Part shown: positions 41,460 through 49,933 of the stretch, one piece after another
Position numbering within the stretch: position 1 is the first letter of the stretch
Layout of the letters: each line of letters opens with the position of its first letter
Assembly: GCA_015068725.1 (NCBI GenBank)
Contig: SVKA01000006.1
Span: 11,562 to 75,561 of the forward strand
From: Oscillospiraceae bacterium
GTDB taxonomy: Bacteria; Bacillota; Clostridia; UBA1381; UMGS1253
Direction of reading: 5' to 3'
Length of the DNA: 64,000 bases
The notes under the pieces: model-generated
What the model was told of the DNA's origin: nothing
Databases searched by the model: none
Seen by the model: the letters and a program-made list of their open reading frames with translations, nothing else
Program-made: the position numbers and the translations under genes

Positions 41460-42329
41460 TCAGTTCACCTCGTATGTATTTACTTTTTCTTCTTTGCCGC
41501 TTATAAGGGCACGATCAAGTGCGTTTAAGATGAATACAGGCTTAATAAAGTCGTATGCACTGCATTCTGACTCGCCACCTGTAAGTACGCTGTAAAATGT
41601 TTGGAATTCACCGTCAAAGCATCCGTCAAGCTTGATTACGCCGCCTTCATTTCCTTTTTCAAAGGCTACTGCACCAAAGTATGCATAGCAGTTGTCTGTA
41701 AACTGTGCGGTTATATCAAACTTTTCATAGCGGAAAACAACGCTTACCGTTCTGTCATTTTTTGTAGCAAGCACAGATTTTATATCATTACCGAAGATTT
41801 GAGTAACCATCTGTACCAAATGCTGTGAGTAAAAATAAAATCCGCCGTATTCATTTTCGAGAGAGATAGGTGCGCGAACATATCCGCCGACAACCTCGCC
41901 AAATTCTTTTTTCTCGATTGCGGCTTTCAATTCTTGAACCTTTTCGGCATATATACACATTGAACCGCCACAAAATCTTACGCCGTTTTCTTTGAATTCG
42001 CGCATCATTTCAATTGCGTCGCTCTCCGATACGGTAATCGGCTTGTCAATAAACATCGGCACGCCCGATTTGATGTATGGCTTTGCGTATTTATAGTGAT
42101 TATCACCGTGTCTTGCGGTTACAACAACGCCGTCAACGTTGCCGATAAGCTCATCATAGCTTTTCATTTTGTAAACGCCAAACTCGCCGCAAAGCTTGTC
42201 AGCGGCTGTGTCATCGTCGCTGTAAATACCTATAACCTGTACGTCTTTGTATGCCTCGTTTTCTTTGATAGTTTTTAAAAACTTGTCTGCGTGTGAATTT
42301 TCACAACCTAATATAACGATTTTATACAT
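41460..42329 (-). CDS. Short Gfo/Idh/MocA-like protein with a degenerate dinucleotide loop, cassette A gene 2
   Basis: 289 aa. ILGCENSHADKF instead of GxGxxG, and FIDKP instead of EKP. Confidence 0.7.
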   Translation of the reverse strand: MYKIVILGCENSHADKFLKTIKENEAYKDVQVIGIYSDDDTAADKLCGEFGVYKMKSYDELIGNVDGVVVTARHGDNHYKYAKPYIKSGVPMFIDKPITVSESDAIEMMREFKENGVRFCGGSMCIYAEKVQELKAAIEKKEFGEVVGGYVRAPISLENEYGGFYFYSQHLVQMVTQIFGNDIKSVLATKNDRTVSVVFRYEKFDITAQFTDNCYAYFGAVAFEKGNEGGVIKLDGCFDGEFQTFYSVLTGGESECSAYDFIKPVFILNALDRALISGKEEKVNTYEVN

Positions 42330-42347
42330 ATTATAGCCTCCTTGTGA

Positions 42348-43430
42348 TTAATAAATTAGCGGCAACGGATTTTCTGCGTGCAGCTGCTCGATTGCACCGA
42401 CAATCATCGTTGCATTTTCAGGCTCGATATACATCTTTTTGCCCTCGGTCAATTTAAAGTATAGCTCTTTGTAAAGTGTAGCAGTTCCGACATCAAACGC
42501 TGTGCCCGTAAACTCCGTGCTTTCTTCGTGGATAATCAGATTATCCTTGCAGTAAGCCGGTACACCGTTTTCATCCTTCATACTTTCAAAAATTACGCTG
42601 CGCTCGGTGTTTTCACCATCTTTGATATATTTTACTTCGCATTTTTCGGCAGTTGCTTTAAGGCCGCCCTTTGAGCCCTGAATCTTTACATTATAATTGG
42701 AAAATGCATCGGCAGAGCTTATCTCGATATCAACAAGAGGTTTGTTTGGTGCGCTGATAAGCATTTTGACATAATCTTCGGCGTCGCCGCTCGAAAGCTC
42801 TGTCTTTGCAAGACGTGAATATACAACCTTTGCAGCTTTATCAAAATCAAGAAGACCATATGCAATACCGATTGGATGCGGACCTGTGTTGTATGCGTTT
42901 CCGGCAAGCTTTTTTTGAAGCGTCTGCCAGTCCCAGCGACGTGCAAAGCCACTAAAACGGATGCTGATTTGCTCGATTTTTCCAAATATGCCCGATTCAA
43001 TCTTTTCTTTTATATACTGATAATATGGGGCATAAAATGTCTGCTGAAATACCGACAAAACTACGTCGTTATCCTTTGCGGTTTTTATCAAATCCTTGCA
43101 CTCATATCTGTTGCGTGCCATAGGCTTTTCAACGAGAACGTTGAATTTGTGCTCCAAAAATTCTTTTGTAATGTTGTAATGAGTTTCGCTGTATGTAGAA
43201 TTTACAACCAAATCGATGTCCTTTTTGTCAAACAATCCCTTGTAGTCAGAAAGCACCTCGCAGCCCGGATAACGAGTGAGCGCCTCCTCTCTTAATGCCG
43301 CATCATTTTCTACAACATAGCGCACGTTGTAATAAATGTTGTCGTCGCTGATATAATATTTACCGTGAATGTTGCGTCCGCTTCTGCCCTGACCAATTAT
43401 GGCGAGGTTAAGCTTTTTTATTTCTGCCAT
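42348..43430 (-). CDS. Gfo/Idh/MocA family oxidoreductase, cassette A gene 1
   Basis: 360 aa with LAIIGQGRSGRNIH Rossmann loop and VLVEKPMARN motif. Confidence 0.82.
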   Translation of the reverse strand: MAEIKKLNLAIIGQGRSGRNIHGKYYISDDNIYYNVRYVVENDAALREEALTRYPGCEVLSDYKGLFDKKDIDLVVNSTYSETHYNITKEFLEHKFNVLVEKPMARNRYECKDLIKTAKDNDVVLSVFQQTFYAPYYQYIKEKIESGIFGKIEQISIRFSGFARRWDWQTLQKKLAGNAYNTGPHPIGIAYGLLDFDKAAKVVYSRLAKTELSSGDAEDYVKMLISAPNKPLVDIEISSADAFSNYNVKIQGSKGGLKATAEKCEVKYIKDGENTERSVIFESMKDENGVPAYCKDNLIIHEESTEFTGTAFDVGTATLYKELYFKLTEGKKMYIEPENATMIVGAIEQLHAENPLPLIY

Positions 43431-43471
43431 TTTAACTCCTCCTTATTTTGCAAAACTTTCTTATCACTTGT

Positions 43472-43500
43472 ATTATAATCCTTTAAAATGTATAATGCAA
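43472..43500 (-). promoter_or_regulatory. SigA-type promoter for cassette A
   Basis: On the minus strand, TTGCAT, a 17-nt spacer, then TATAAT. Confidence 0.6.
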
Positions 43501-43528
43501 TAATATTTCTTTTGTAAAAAGATATCAT

Positions 43529-43559
43529 TTTTTAATATTTTTTATAAAAATATTAAAAA
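43529..43559. repeat. Perfect 14-bp inverted repeat with a 3-bp spacer (TTTTTAATATTTTT-tat-AAAAATATTAAAAA) in the divergent promoter region
   Basis: Read directly. It lies 5 bp upstream of a TTGACG(-35)-17-TATTTT candidate promoter for the AraC gene. Confidence 0.9.
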
Positions 43560-43623
43560 CAGCCTTGACGTGAGGTTTTGTTTGTGTTATTTTAAAAGAA
43601 AATTGTGTGGGGGGGATAATGTG

Positions 43624-44502
43624 ATGGAAAAATTTAATGCCAGGATGCCGGGTATTATAAAAAATAAATACAGAATAACTAAAAACTGGTTCAAAACACC
43701 ACTTGAGCTCAACGAAAACGCCCTTTTGCAGATAGGGGCAACATATTTTAATGAATATACCCACATTACGCCTCACAGTCATACGAATTTTTACGAGCTG
43801 ACATACATAAAGGATGGCGAGGGAAGCGTTATAATAAACAACGTTGAGGTGAAAGTGAAAAAAGATGATATATGTCTTACGATGCCGTATGACAAGCACG
43901 AAATCGTTTCGTCAAAGGACAATCTTTTAGAAATTTTCAACCTTGCATTTATTGTGTCAAATACAGACTTTGTGCGTCAGTTAAATCAGATTTGCCATAG
44001 CTTTCATGCGCCTGAAAAACGTATATTTTCAGACAACAATATTGTTTATTTGATAGGACTTATGCTAAATGAGGTGCATAGTGATGAAGAAAATCAACGG
44101 TTGATGCTTTCTTCTTTGCTTGATAGTATAATTCTTTATCTTATGCGTAATTTTAGACCGAAAAGCGATAAAAAAAGCCTTGGTAACATAACCGAGCACG
44201 AAATTTTGTGCTATCAGATTATGAATTATATTGATACAAATATTTTAAATCTTAAAAATTTAAATGAGCTTGCCGAGCTTACGAATTACAGTTATCCGTA
44301 TCTGTCGCTTGTGTTCAAAAATACGACCAATATGACGCTTAAAGAATATTTTATGAATGCAAAATTTGAAAAAGCACGCAAGCTGCTATTTGAGGAGCAT
44401 ATCAGTGTGAATAAGGTTTCGCAGATGCTTAATTATTCATCTGCCAATGCTTTTACAAAGGCATATAAAAACAAATTTGGCACTTCGCCAACGAAAAACT
44501 GA
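43624..44502 (+). CDS. AraC family transcriptional regulator (cupin-like N-domain plus HTH)
   Basis: C-terminal AraC HTH (LNELAELTNYSYPYLSLVFK...FTKAYKNKFGTSP). ATG 8 nt after GGGGGGG. Confidence 0.85.
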   Translation: MEKFNARMPGIIKNKYRITKNWFKTPLELNENALLQIGATYFNEYTHITPHSHTNFYELTYIKDGEGSVIINNVEVKVKKDDICLTMPYDKHEIVSSKDNLLEIFNLAFIVSNTDFVRQLNQICHSFHAPEKRIFSDNNIVYLIGLMLNEVHSDEENQRLMLSSLLDSIILYLMRNFRPKSDKKSLGNITEHEILCYQIMNYIDTNILNLKNLNELAELTNYSYPYLSLVFKNTTNMTLKEYFMNAKFEKARKLLFEEHISVNKVSQMLNYSSANAFTKAYKNKFGTSPTKN

Positions 44503-44513
44503 TTTGCAATATA

Positions 44514-44545
44514 AAAAATCCCTGTCCATAGAACAGGGATTTTTG
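44514..44545. terminator. Bidirectional terminator
   Basis: AAAAATCCCTGT...ACAGGGATTTTT. Confidence 0.8.
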
Positions 44546-44555
44546 AGTTTTAATA

Positions 44556-45503
44556 TTAGTTACACTCTGCAACGAGCGGTCCTTCAAGGTCTTTAAGATA
44601 GAAAAGCTTGCCCGGAAGAGTCGGGATAAAGCTTGATGTAATCCACTTATCAGGACCATAACGAAGTGTCATCCAGAAGCTCATACCTTGCCATTGCATA
44701 CCTCTGTTAAACGCACCATCTGCACCGCCGATTGCATAATCAGCCTGCAAGAACAAGCCAGGTCCGATTGTGTTAGCACGGCACGGAACGAGTGTTGTAC
44801 GAGATTTGAAGCTTGTGATAGCGTTCTGCTCGATTGTAAGCGGATGAAGCTTTGCGCCGATTCTGTAGCATTCCTTCTTCCAGTCCTCTACGCTGTTGTA
44901 CTCACCTGCAAACTGCGGCTCCCAGAAAGCGATATGGCACATTCTGCCTATTCCGTAAACGAGGATAAGCTTTACGCCTTCTGCTTTAAGCTTTGCAATC
45001 TTTTCAGGATATGTAGGAAGGTTTTCTTTTGTTGCAAAGTTTCTCTGTGATGGAGGAACTGTCAACTCGCCGAGAGGATTAAAGAGTGCATCGCACATTG
45101 CATTCTGAAATGCAGCCGGGTCATTTGACGGAAGTGTGTTACCATCAGCATCTGACCACTCGTCCATATTGAATGTGTAAACGTGGTCGCACTTTACATT
45201 CCACTGCTTAAGGAAATAAACAGCCCACTTATACATACCCATAGGACCAACAGGCAAAATGAAAGCAATCTTTTCGCCGTTATCGCGTGCGTTCTTTATT
45301 GCAAGCGCGATTTCGTGGCCCATATATGTATCAAATTCTCCAAGAGTATCACATTTTATAGGTGTGAAATCCTTGTGCCAGAAGCTCTGTCTGTCCTCTA
45401 CCTTGTTTTCGGGATTGCAGCATGCATCAATTTTCTCCATATCCCAACCTGCGGGATAAAAGCCTTCAAGAAGTGAACCTTTTACTGTACTGTTAAAATC
45501 CAT
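44556..45503 (-). CDS. NagB/6-phosphogluconolactonase-fold sugar-phosphate isomerase/deaminase-like protein
   Basis: FNMDEW and [13 protein letters not shown] correspond to NagB FNLDEY and GIGxDGHIAFNEP. It has a ~60-aa N-terminal extension. Confidence 0.7.
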   Translation of the reverse strand: MDFNSTVKGSLLEGFYPAGWDMEKIDACCNPENKVEDRQSFWHKDFTPIKCDTLGEFDTYMGHEIALAIKNARDNGEKIAFILPVGPMGMYKWAVYFLKQWNVKCDHVYTFNMDEWSDADGNTLPSNDPAAFQNAMCDALFNPLGELTVPPSQRNFATKENLPTYPEKIAKLKAEGVKLILVYGIGRMCHIAFWEPQFAGEYNSVEDWKKECYRIGAKLHPLTIEQNAITSFKSRTTLVPCRANTIGPGLFLQADYAIGGADGAFNRGMQWQGMSFWMTLRYGPDKWITSSFIPTLPGKLFYLKDLEGPLVAECN

Positions 45504-45516
45504 TTTTTATTCCTCC

Positions 45517-46461
45517 TTATTTGTTTAACGATTTACGAACCTCTTTAACTACGAGGTCAACGATAGCCTGCATTTTGCTGTCGTCAAGAGTGCTCTGTGA
45601 AAGCGAACCCTTATCAACACTTGAGAAAAGTTCCATCTTTGCGATTGTTTCTTGCTTTACAGCCTCAACTGCTGCGGGAATAAGGTCGATAATACCCTTG
45701 TTCATATCAGTAAACTTGCTAAACTCAGCCTTTACTGCGGCAATGTTGATATCGGTAAAGATGTTAACCTTGCTGATACCTTCTTTTATAGCACGTCTGA
45801 AATCGTCATCAGTAAGACCTGAACCACCGTGCAAAACGAGCGGAACATTTACTGTGTTTGCGATTGTCTTGATTCTCTCAAAATCGAGTTTTGGCGGAAG
45901 CTTGTATGCACCGTGAGCATTACCTACTGCGATTGCAAGAGCATCCACCTTTGTCTTTTCAACATAATCTTTTGCAAGCTTGGGGTCTGTGAAGAATTTG
46001 CTCGGGTCTTCAAGATGGCTGCTGCCTTCTGCCGAACCCTCGTTATCACCTACATGACCAAGCTCGCCCTCGATTGTTGCGCCGTATGAATGGGCAATCT
46101 CTGCCATTTCTTTTACTTTCTTTACGTTTGTGTCATAGTCATCTGTTGAGCAGTCATACATAATTGATGTAAAACCAAGCTCAAGTGCTTTAAGACAGGT
46201 TTCCTTTCGAAGACCATGGTCAAGATGAATAACTACCGGAACTCTTGCTTTTTTAGCCATCGGAAGAAGATAATACGATACCTCTTCAAGCGGACCGTAC
46301 GGGAAAAGCACTTCTGCTGTACCCATAATTACGGGAGAATTTGTTTTCTCTGCCGCAGCGATTATACCCCTTGCAAGCTCCATATTTACAGCGTTGAAAA
46401 GACCAACTGCGTATTTACCTTGCTTTGCCGGGATAAGTACTTGATTTAGATTTACTAACAT
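45517..46461 (-). CDS. Class II ketose-bisphosphate aldolase (FBA / tagatose-bisphosphate aldolase family)
   Basis: HLDHG, EGELGHVG, VGNAHG and LVLHGGSG motifs. Confidence 0.85.
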   Translation of the reverse strand: MLVNLNQVLIPAKQGKYAVGLFNAVNMELARGIIAAAEKTNSPVIMGTAEVLFPYGPLEEVSYYLLPMAKKARVPVVIHLDHGLRKETCLKALELGFTSIMYDCSTDDYDTNVKKVKEMAEIAHSYGATIEGELGHVGDNEGSAEGSSHLEDPSKFFTDPKLAKDYVEKTKVDALAIAVGNAHGAYKLPPKLDFERIKTIANTVNVPLVLHGGSGLTDDDFRRAIKEGISKVNIFTDINIAAVKAEFSKFTDMNKGIIDLIPAAVEAVKQETIAKMELFSSVDKGSLSQSTLDDSKMQAIVDLVVKEVRKSLNK

Positions 46462-46534
46462 ATAACATCACCTTTCTGCTTTTGTGATTTTTGTGTCAAG
46501 TATTTTGTATACTTATTCATATTATACGGATTCT

Positions 46535-46563
46535 ATTATACAATAACTGACAGAATATGTCAA
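46535..46563 (-). promoter_or_regulatory. Consensus SigA promoter of the aldolase operon
   Basis: On the minus strand, TTGACA, a 17-nt spacer, then TATAAT. Confidence 0.7.
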
Positions 46564-46590
46564 GAGAAGAATAAGCAAAAATAGATTAAA

Positions 46591-46617
46591 AACACACCCT
46601 CGCGGAGTGTGTTTTTT
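46591..46617. terminator. Hairpin terminator (second terminator downstream of the tRNA operon)
   Basis: AACACAC...GTGTGTT stem flanked by A and T runs. Confidence 0.6.
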
Positions 46618-46688
46618 GCTTGTTATCTATTACTTTCCAAAAATCCTTGTTTCTTAGTAAAGAACGAATAGGGAATAGGTAAAAAGTG

Positions 46689-46718
46689 AAAATCCCCGTA
46701 CTGTTGTACGAGGATTTT
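46689..46718 (-). terminator. tRNA operon terminator
   Basis: AAAATCCCCGTAC...GTACGAGGATTTT immediately 3' of tRNA-Lys. Confidence 0.75.
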
Positions 46719-46794
46719 TGGTGAGCCATCCGCGATTCGAACGCGGGACACCTTGATTAAAAGTCAAGTGCTCTGCCGACTGAGCTAATGGCCC
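46719..46794 (-). tRNA. tRNA-Lys(UUU)
   Basis: Cloverleaf folded by hand: acceptor GGGCCAT/ATGGCTC, anticodon loop CTTTTAA, T-loop TTCGAAT, encoded CCA. Confidence 0.9.
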
Positions 46795-46799
46795 GTATG

Positions 46800-46876
46800 T
46801 GGTTGGGATGGCAGGACTCGAACCTACGAAATGCCAGAGTCAAAGTCTGGTGCCTTACCGACTTGGCTACATCCCA
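46800..46876 (-). tRNA. tRNA-Gln(UUG)
   Basis: Acceptor TGGGATG/CATCCCA, anticodon loop CTTTGAC, T-loop TTCGAGT, encoded CCA. The 5' end may be off by 2 nt. Confidence 0.85.
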
Positions 46877-46904
46877 GCATCACCAAAATAAATATATAAT
46901 AAAG

Positions 46905-46982
46905 TGGGGTGGATAGTGAGAGTCGAACTCACGACCTCCAGAGCCACAATCTGGCGCTCTAACCAACTGAGCTATACCCACC
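46905..46982 (-). tRNA. tRNA-His(GUG)
   Basis: Extra G-1, anticodon loop TTGTGGC, T-loop TTCGACT, encoded CCA. Confidence 0.9.
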
Positions 46983-46998
46983 ATATTTTGTAAAAAAA

Positions 46999-47075
<77 letters not shown>

Positions 47076-47079
47076 ATTT

Positions 47080-47154
47080 TGGAGCGGGTGATGGGAATCG
47101 AACCCACACAATCAGCTTGGAAGGCTGAGATTCTAGCCATTGAACTACACCCGC
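47080..47154 (-). tRNA. tRNA-Gly(UCC)
   Basis: Acceptor GCGGGTG, anticodon loop CTTCCAA, T-loop TTCGATT, encoded CCA. Confidence 0.9.
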
Positions 47155-47189
47155 AAATATGTGCGTCTTATTGACAGCTGACTTATAAA

Positions 47190-47219
47190 ATTATAACAGT
47201 ACTCATCGTGTTTGTCAAC
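47190..47219 (-). promoter_or_regulatory. Consensus SigA promoter of the tRNA operon
   Basis: On the minus strand, TTGACA, a 17-nt spacer, then TATAAT, about 35 nt upstream of tRNA-Gly. Confidence 0.75.
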
Positions 47220-47302
47220 ACTTTTTTTCAAAAAGACGCAAATTTTTTCTTGAAAACCATATTTTGTGCCTTTAATAGTTGTTTTGATTTGGAAAATTCA
47301 AA

Positions 47303-47333
47303 TAATTGCCACTCCGAAGGGGGTGGCAATTAT
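47303..47333 (-). terminator. clpE terminator
   Basis: ATAATTGCCAC...GTGGCAATTAT stem with a T-rich tail on the minus strand. Confidence 0.7.
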
Positions 47334-47358
47334 TCCGGTTATTAATTATTTTTAACAA

Positions 47359-49683
47359 TTATTCTTTTATTATACTGATTTTGTTGTCATCTGCGATTAC
47401 TTTCGCACACTCTCCTGCGCAAAGCTCGGATTTTATTATCATATACGCAATTTCATCCTCGATTTTGCGTGCGATTACACGTCTTAGCGGTCTTGCACCG
47501 TATTTGGGGTCGTAGCCTTCTTTTAGGATAAGCTCTTTTGCATCGTCTGAAACAATGAGGGTAATTCCTTTTTCTGAAAGCTCACTAATCATATCTGCAA
47601 GCATCAAATCAATAATCTTTAGAAGCTCATCGTGCTTAAGCTGCTTAAACACAACAGTTTCATCAATTCTGTTTAAAAATTCAGGTCTAAAAATTGATTT
47701 GAGCGCTGTGCTTACCTTTGATTCAATAGCGCTGTCCTCGTCATTTATAAAGCCGAGATTGCCTGTTTTTAAGTCACTTCCGGCGTTTGATGTCATTACA
47801 ATAACAGTGTTTTCAAAGCTTACGACCTTGCCGTGACTGTCTGTGATGCGACCATCGTCAAGTATCTGTAAAAGTATATTAAATATTTCAGGGTGAGCCT
47901 TCTCGATTTCGTCGAGTAGTATAATAGAGTACGGCTTGCGACGCACTTTTTCCGTAAGCTGACCTGCATCGTCGTATCCAACATATCCGGGAGGCGCTCC
48001 GATAAGCTTTGCCACGGAATGCTTTTCAGAAAATTCGCTCATATCAAAGCGGATAATTGATTCTTCGTTATCAAAAAGTGCCTCTGCCATAGCCTTTACA
48101 AGCTCGGTTTTACCAACGCCCGTAGGACCGACAAAAACAAATGAAACAGGACGTACTTTTTTTGTTATGCCTGCGCGGCGGCGTCTTATTGCTCTGCATA
48201 CTGCCTCTACGGCGGTATCCTGACCGATTATGCGTTTGTGTATGCGGTCTTCAAGCTCTAAAAGCTTTTCGGATTCAAGCTCTGTAATACGTTGTACGGG
48301 AATTTTTGTCCACGCCTCAATTACGCTTGCAATATCGTCAACAGTAATTTCGGGGCTTTTGCTCTCGAGCTTCTTTTTCTCAATATCCTCACGAAGCTTT
48401 GACTCGGCAAATTTAAGCTCTGCCGCCTTTTGATAATCGTCAATAGAATCTGCGCGCGCGGCGTCTTCTTTTTGAGCGAGCACCTGCGCAAGCTCATTTT
48501 CAAGCACTGCAAGCTCGACAAGAGCCATATTTTTGAGGTTTGCACGCGAGCCAGCCTCGTCGATAACATCTATTGCTTTGTCGGGCAAAAATCTGTCGGT
48601 GATGTATCTTTCTGAAAGCTTTACCGCAGCCTCGATAAGCTTATCCGATATTTTTACGCTGTGATAATTTTCATAGTACTCACGAATGCCTTTTAAAATT
48701 TCTATGCTGTCCTCAATTGACGGTTCATCAACGATAACCGTCTGAAAACGACGCTCAAGCGCAGTATCTTTTTCAATGTGCTTGCGATATTCGTTCAGCG
48801 TTGTCGCACCAAGCACCTGTATTTCACCGCGTGCGAGGGCAGGCTTTAATATATTTGCTGCGCTCATTGCACCTTCGGCATCGCCTGCGCCCACGATATT
48901 GTGCAGCTCGTCTATTACAAGAATTATGTTTCCAAGGCTTTTAACCTCTTCGATTACATTTTTGAGTCTTGCCTCGAACTGTCCGCGAAATTGTGTGCCG
49001 GCAACAAGCGCAGTAAAGTCTAAAAGATATACCTCGCGGTCAAACAGCTTTGGCGGAACGTTTTTTTCGTATATGCGAACAGCAAGACCTTCTGCAATAG
49101 CAGTTTTTCCAACGCCCGGCTCGCCGAGAAGGACGGGATTGTTTTTTGTGCGTCTGTTTAAAATCTGTACTACTCTGTCAATTTCCGCATTTCTTCCGAT
49201 TACGCGGTCAACAAGACCTGCAGCCGCTTTTGCGCTAAGGTTTGTGCCATACGTTTCGAGCATTTTTTTCTTTTTCTTTTTAGGCTTTTGAGTAGCTGTT
49301 TTTACAGACGATTTTTCCTCGCTATTATTTTCATCAGCGTTTTTGTTTTCATTTTTAGGCATATTCGTCATACCAAACGAGCCAAACATTTTGCCAAGAA
49401 GATTCATAGTTGGTGCATTAGCTTCATCGCCTTCTTCAAAACCGGCGAGCATAGACTCGTCAATTTCTCCGCTTTCAATTCCCTGCATCATAGAAGTAAG
49501 CTCGCTGCTTAGCGCATCTATATCGGCATCTTCGATGCCCATTTGTCCAACAAACTGATCTATTGGAGCTATGCCAAGCGCCTTTGCACACGAAAGGCAA
49601 AGTCCTTCGTTTGTCTGTTTATCTCCTTCAAGCTTTGTTATAAAAACTACTGCGACATTTTTTTTACATTTGCTGCACAGCAT
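47359..49683 (-). CDS. clpE: ATP-dependent Clp protease ATP-binding subunit, ClpE type (N-terminal zinc ribbon, two AAA+ modules)
   Basis: N-terminal CSKC-X22-CLSC. D1 Walker A GEPGVGKTA, D2 Walker A GPTGVGKTE, short UVR-like middle region, and a GNLGF ClpP-loop tripeptide. No Clp_N repeats. Confidence 0.85.
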   Translation of the reverse strand: MLCSKCKKNVAVVFITKLEGDKQTNEGLCLSCAKALGIAPIDQFVGQMGIEDADIDALSSELTSMMQGIESGEIDESMLAGFEEGDEANAPTMNLLGKMFGSFGMTNMPKNENKNADENNSEEKSSVKTATQKPKKKKKKMLETYGTNLSAKAAAGLVDRVIGRNAEIDRVVQILNRRTKNNPVLLGEPGVGKTAIAEGLAVRIYEKNVPPKLFDREVYLLDFTALVAGTQFRGQFEARLKNVIEEVKSLGNIILVIDELHNIVGAGDAEGAMSAANILKPALARGEIQVLGATTLNEYRKHIEKDTALERRFQTVIVDEPSIEDSIEILKGIREYYENYHSVKISDKLIEAAVKLSERYITDRFLPDKAIDVIDEAGSRANLKNMALVELAVLENELAQVLAQKEDAARADSIDDYQKAAELKFAESKLREDIEKKKLESKSPEITVDDIASVIEAWTKIPVQRITELESEKLLELEDRIHKRIIGQDTAVEAVCRAIRRRRAGITKKVRPVSFVFVGPTGVGKTELVKAMAEALFDNEESIIRFDMSEFSEKHSVAKLIGAPPGYVGYDDAGQLTEKVRRKPYSIILLDEIEKAHPEIFNILLQILDDGRITDSHGKVVSFENTVIVMTSNAGSDLKTGNLGFINDEDSAIESKVSTALKSIFRPEFLNRIDETVVFKQLKHDELLKIIDLMLADMISELSEKGITLIVSDDAKELILKEGYDPKYGARPLRRVIARKIEDEIAYMIIKSELCAGECAKVIADDNKISIIKE

Positions 49684-49867
49684 ATTAACTACCTTCTTTC
49701 TGTCTTTGCGTATATATAAAGTGTGATATAAATCAAAATCAATTATATATTAAAATGCTATAATACACTATTATAAAGTATAACATATCTGCAGCTACTA
49801 TGCAAAGCTTTTTATGTTTTAATTCACAGAAAATTAATATTGTAGGAGGGGATAACTGTAAAAGCGG

Positions 49868-49895
49868 TTGCAAAATTTGTATTTTTTGATATAAT
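49868..49895 (+). promoter_or_regulatory. SigA-type promoter with extended -10 for the nuclease gene
   Basis: TTGCAA, a 16-nt spacer, then TGaTATAAT. Confidence 0.6.
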
Positions 49896-49933
49896 ATAAA
49901 CTGATACGTAATGATAACAAGGGGGGAGATATA

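Noticed and set aside
46618-46688. ~70-nt segment between two terminators, considered as a small RNA
   Set aside because: No promoter-like -35/-10 and no convincing internal structure. It is more simply the spacer between tandem terminators protecting the aldolase promoter.
49684-49933. Searched for a CtsR heptad repeat (GGTCAAA) or CIRCE palindrome upstream of clpE
   Set aside because: I found neither motif on either strand by eye. The absence is reported in a finding, but no regulatory site is claimed.
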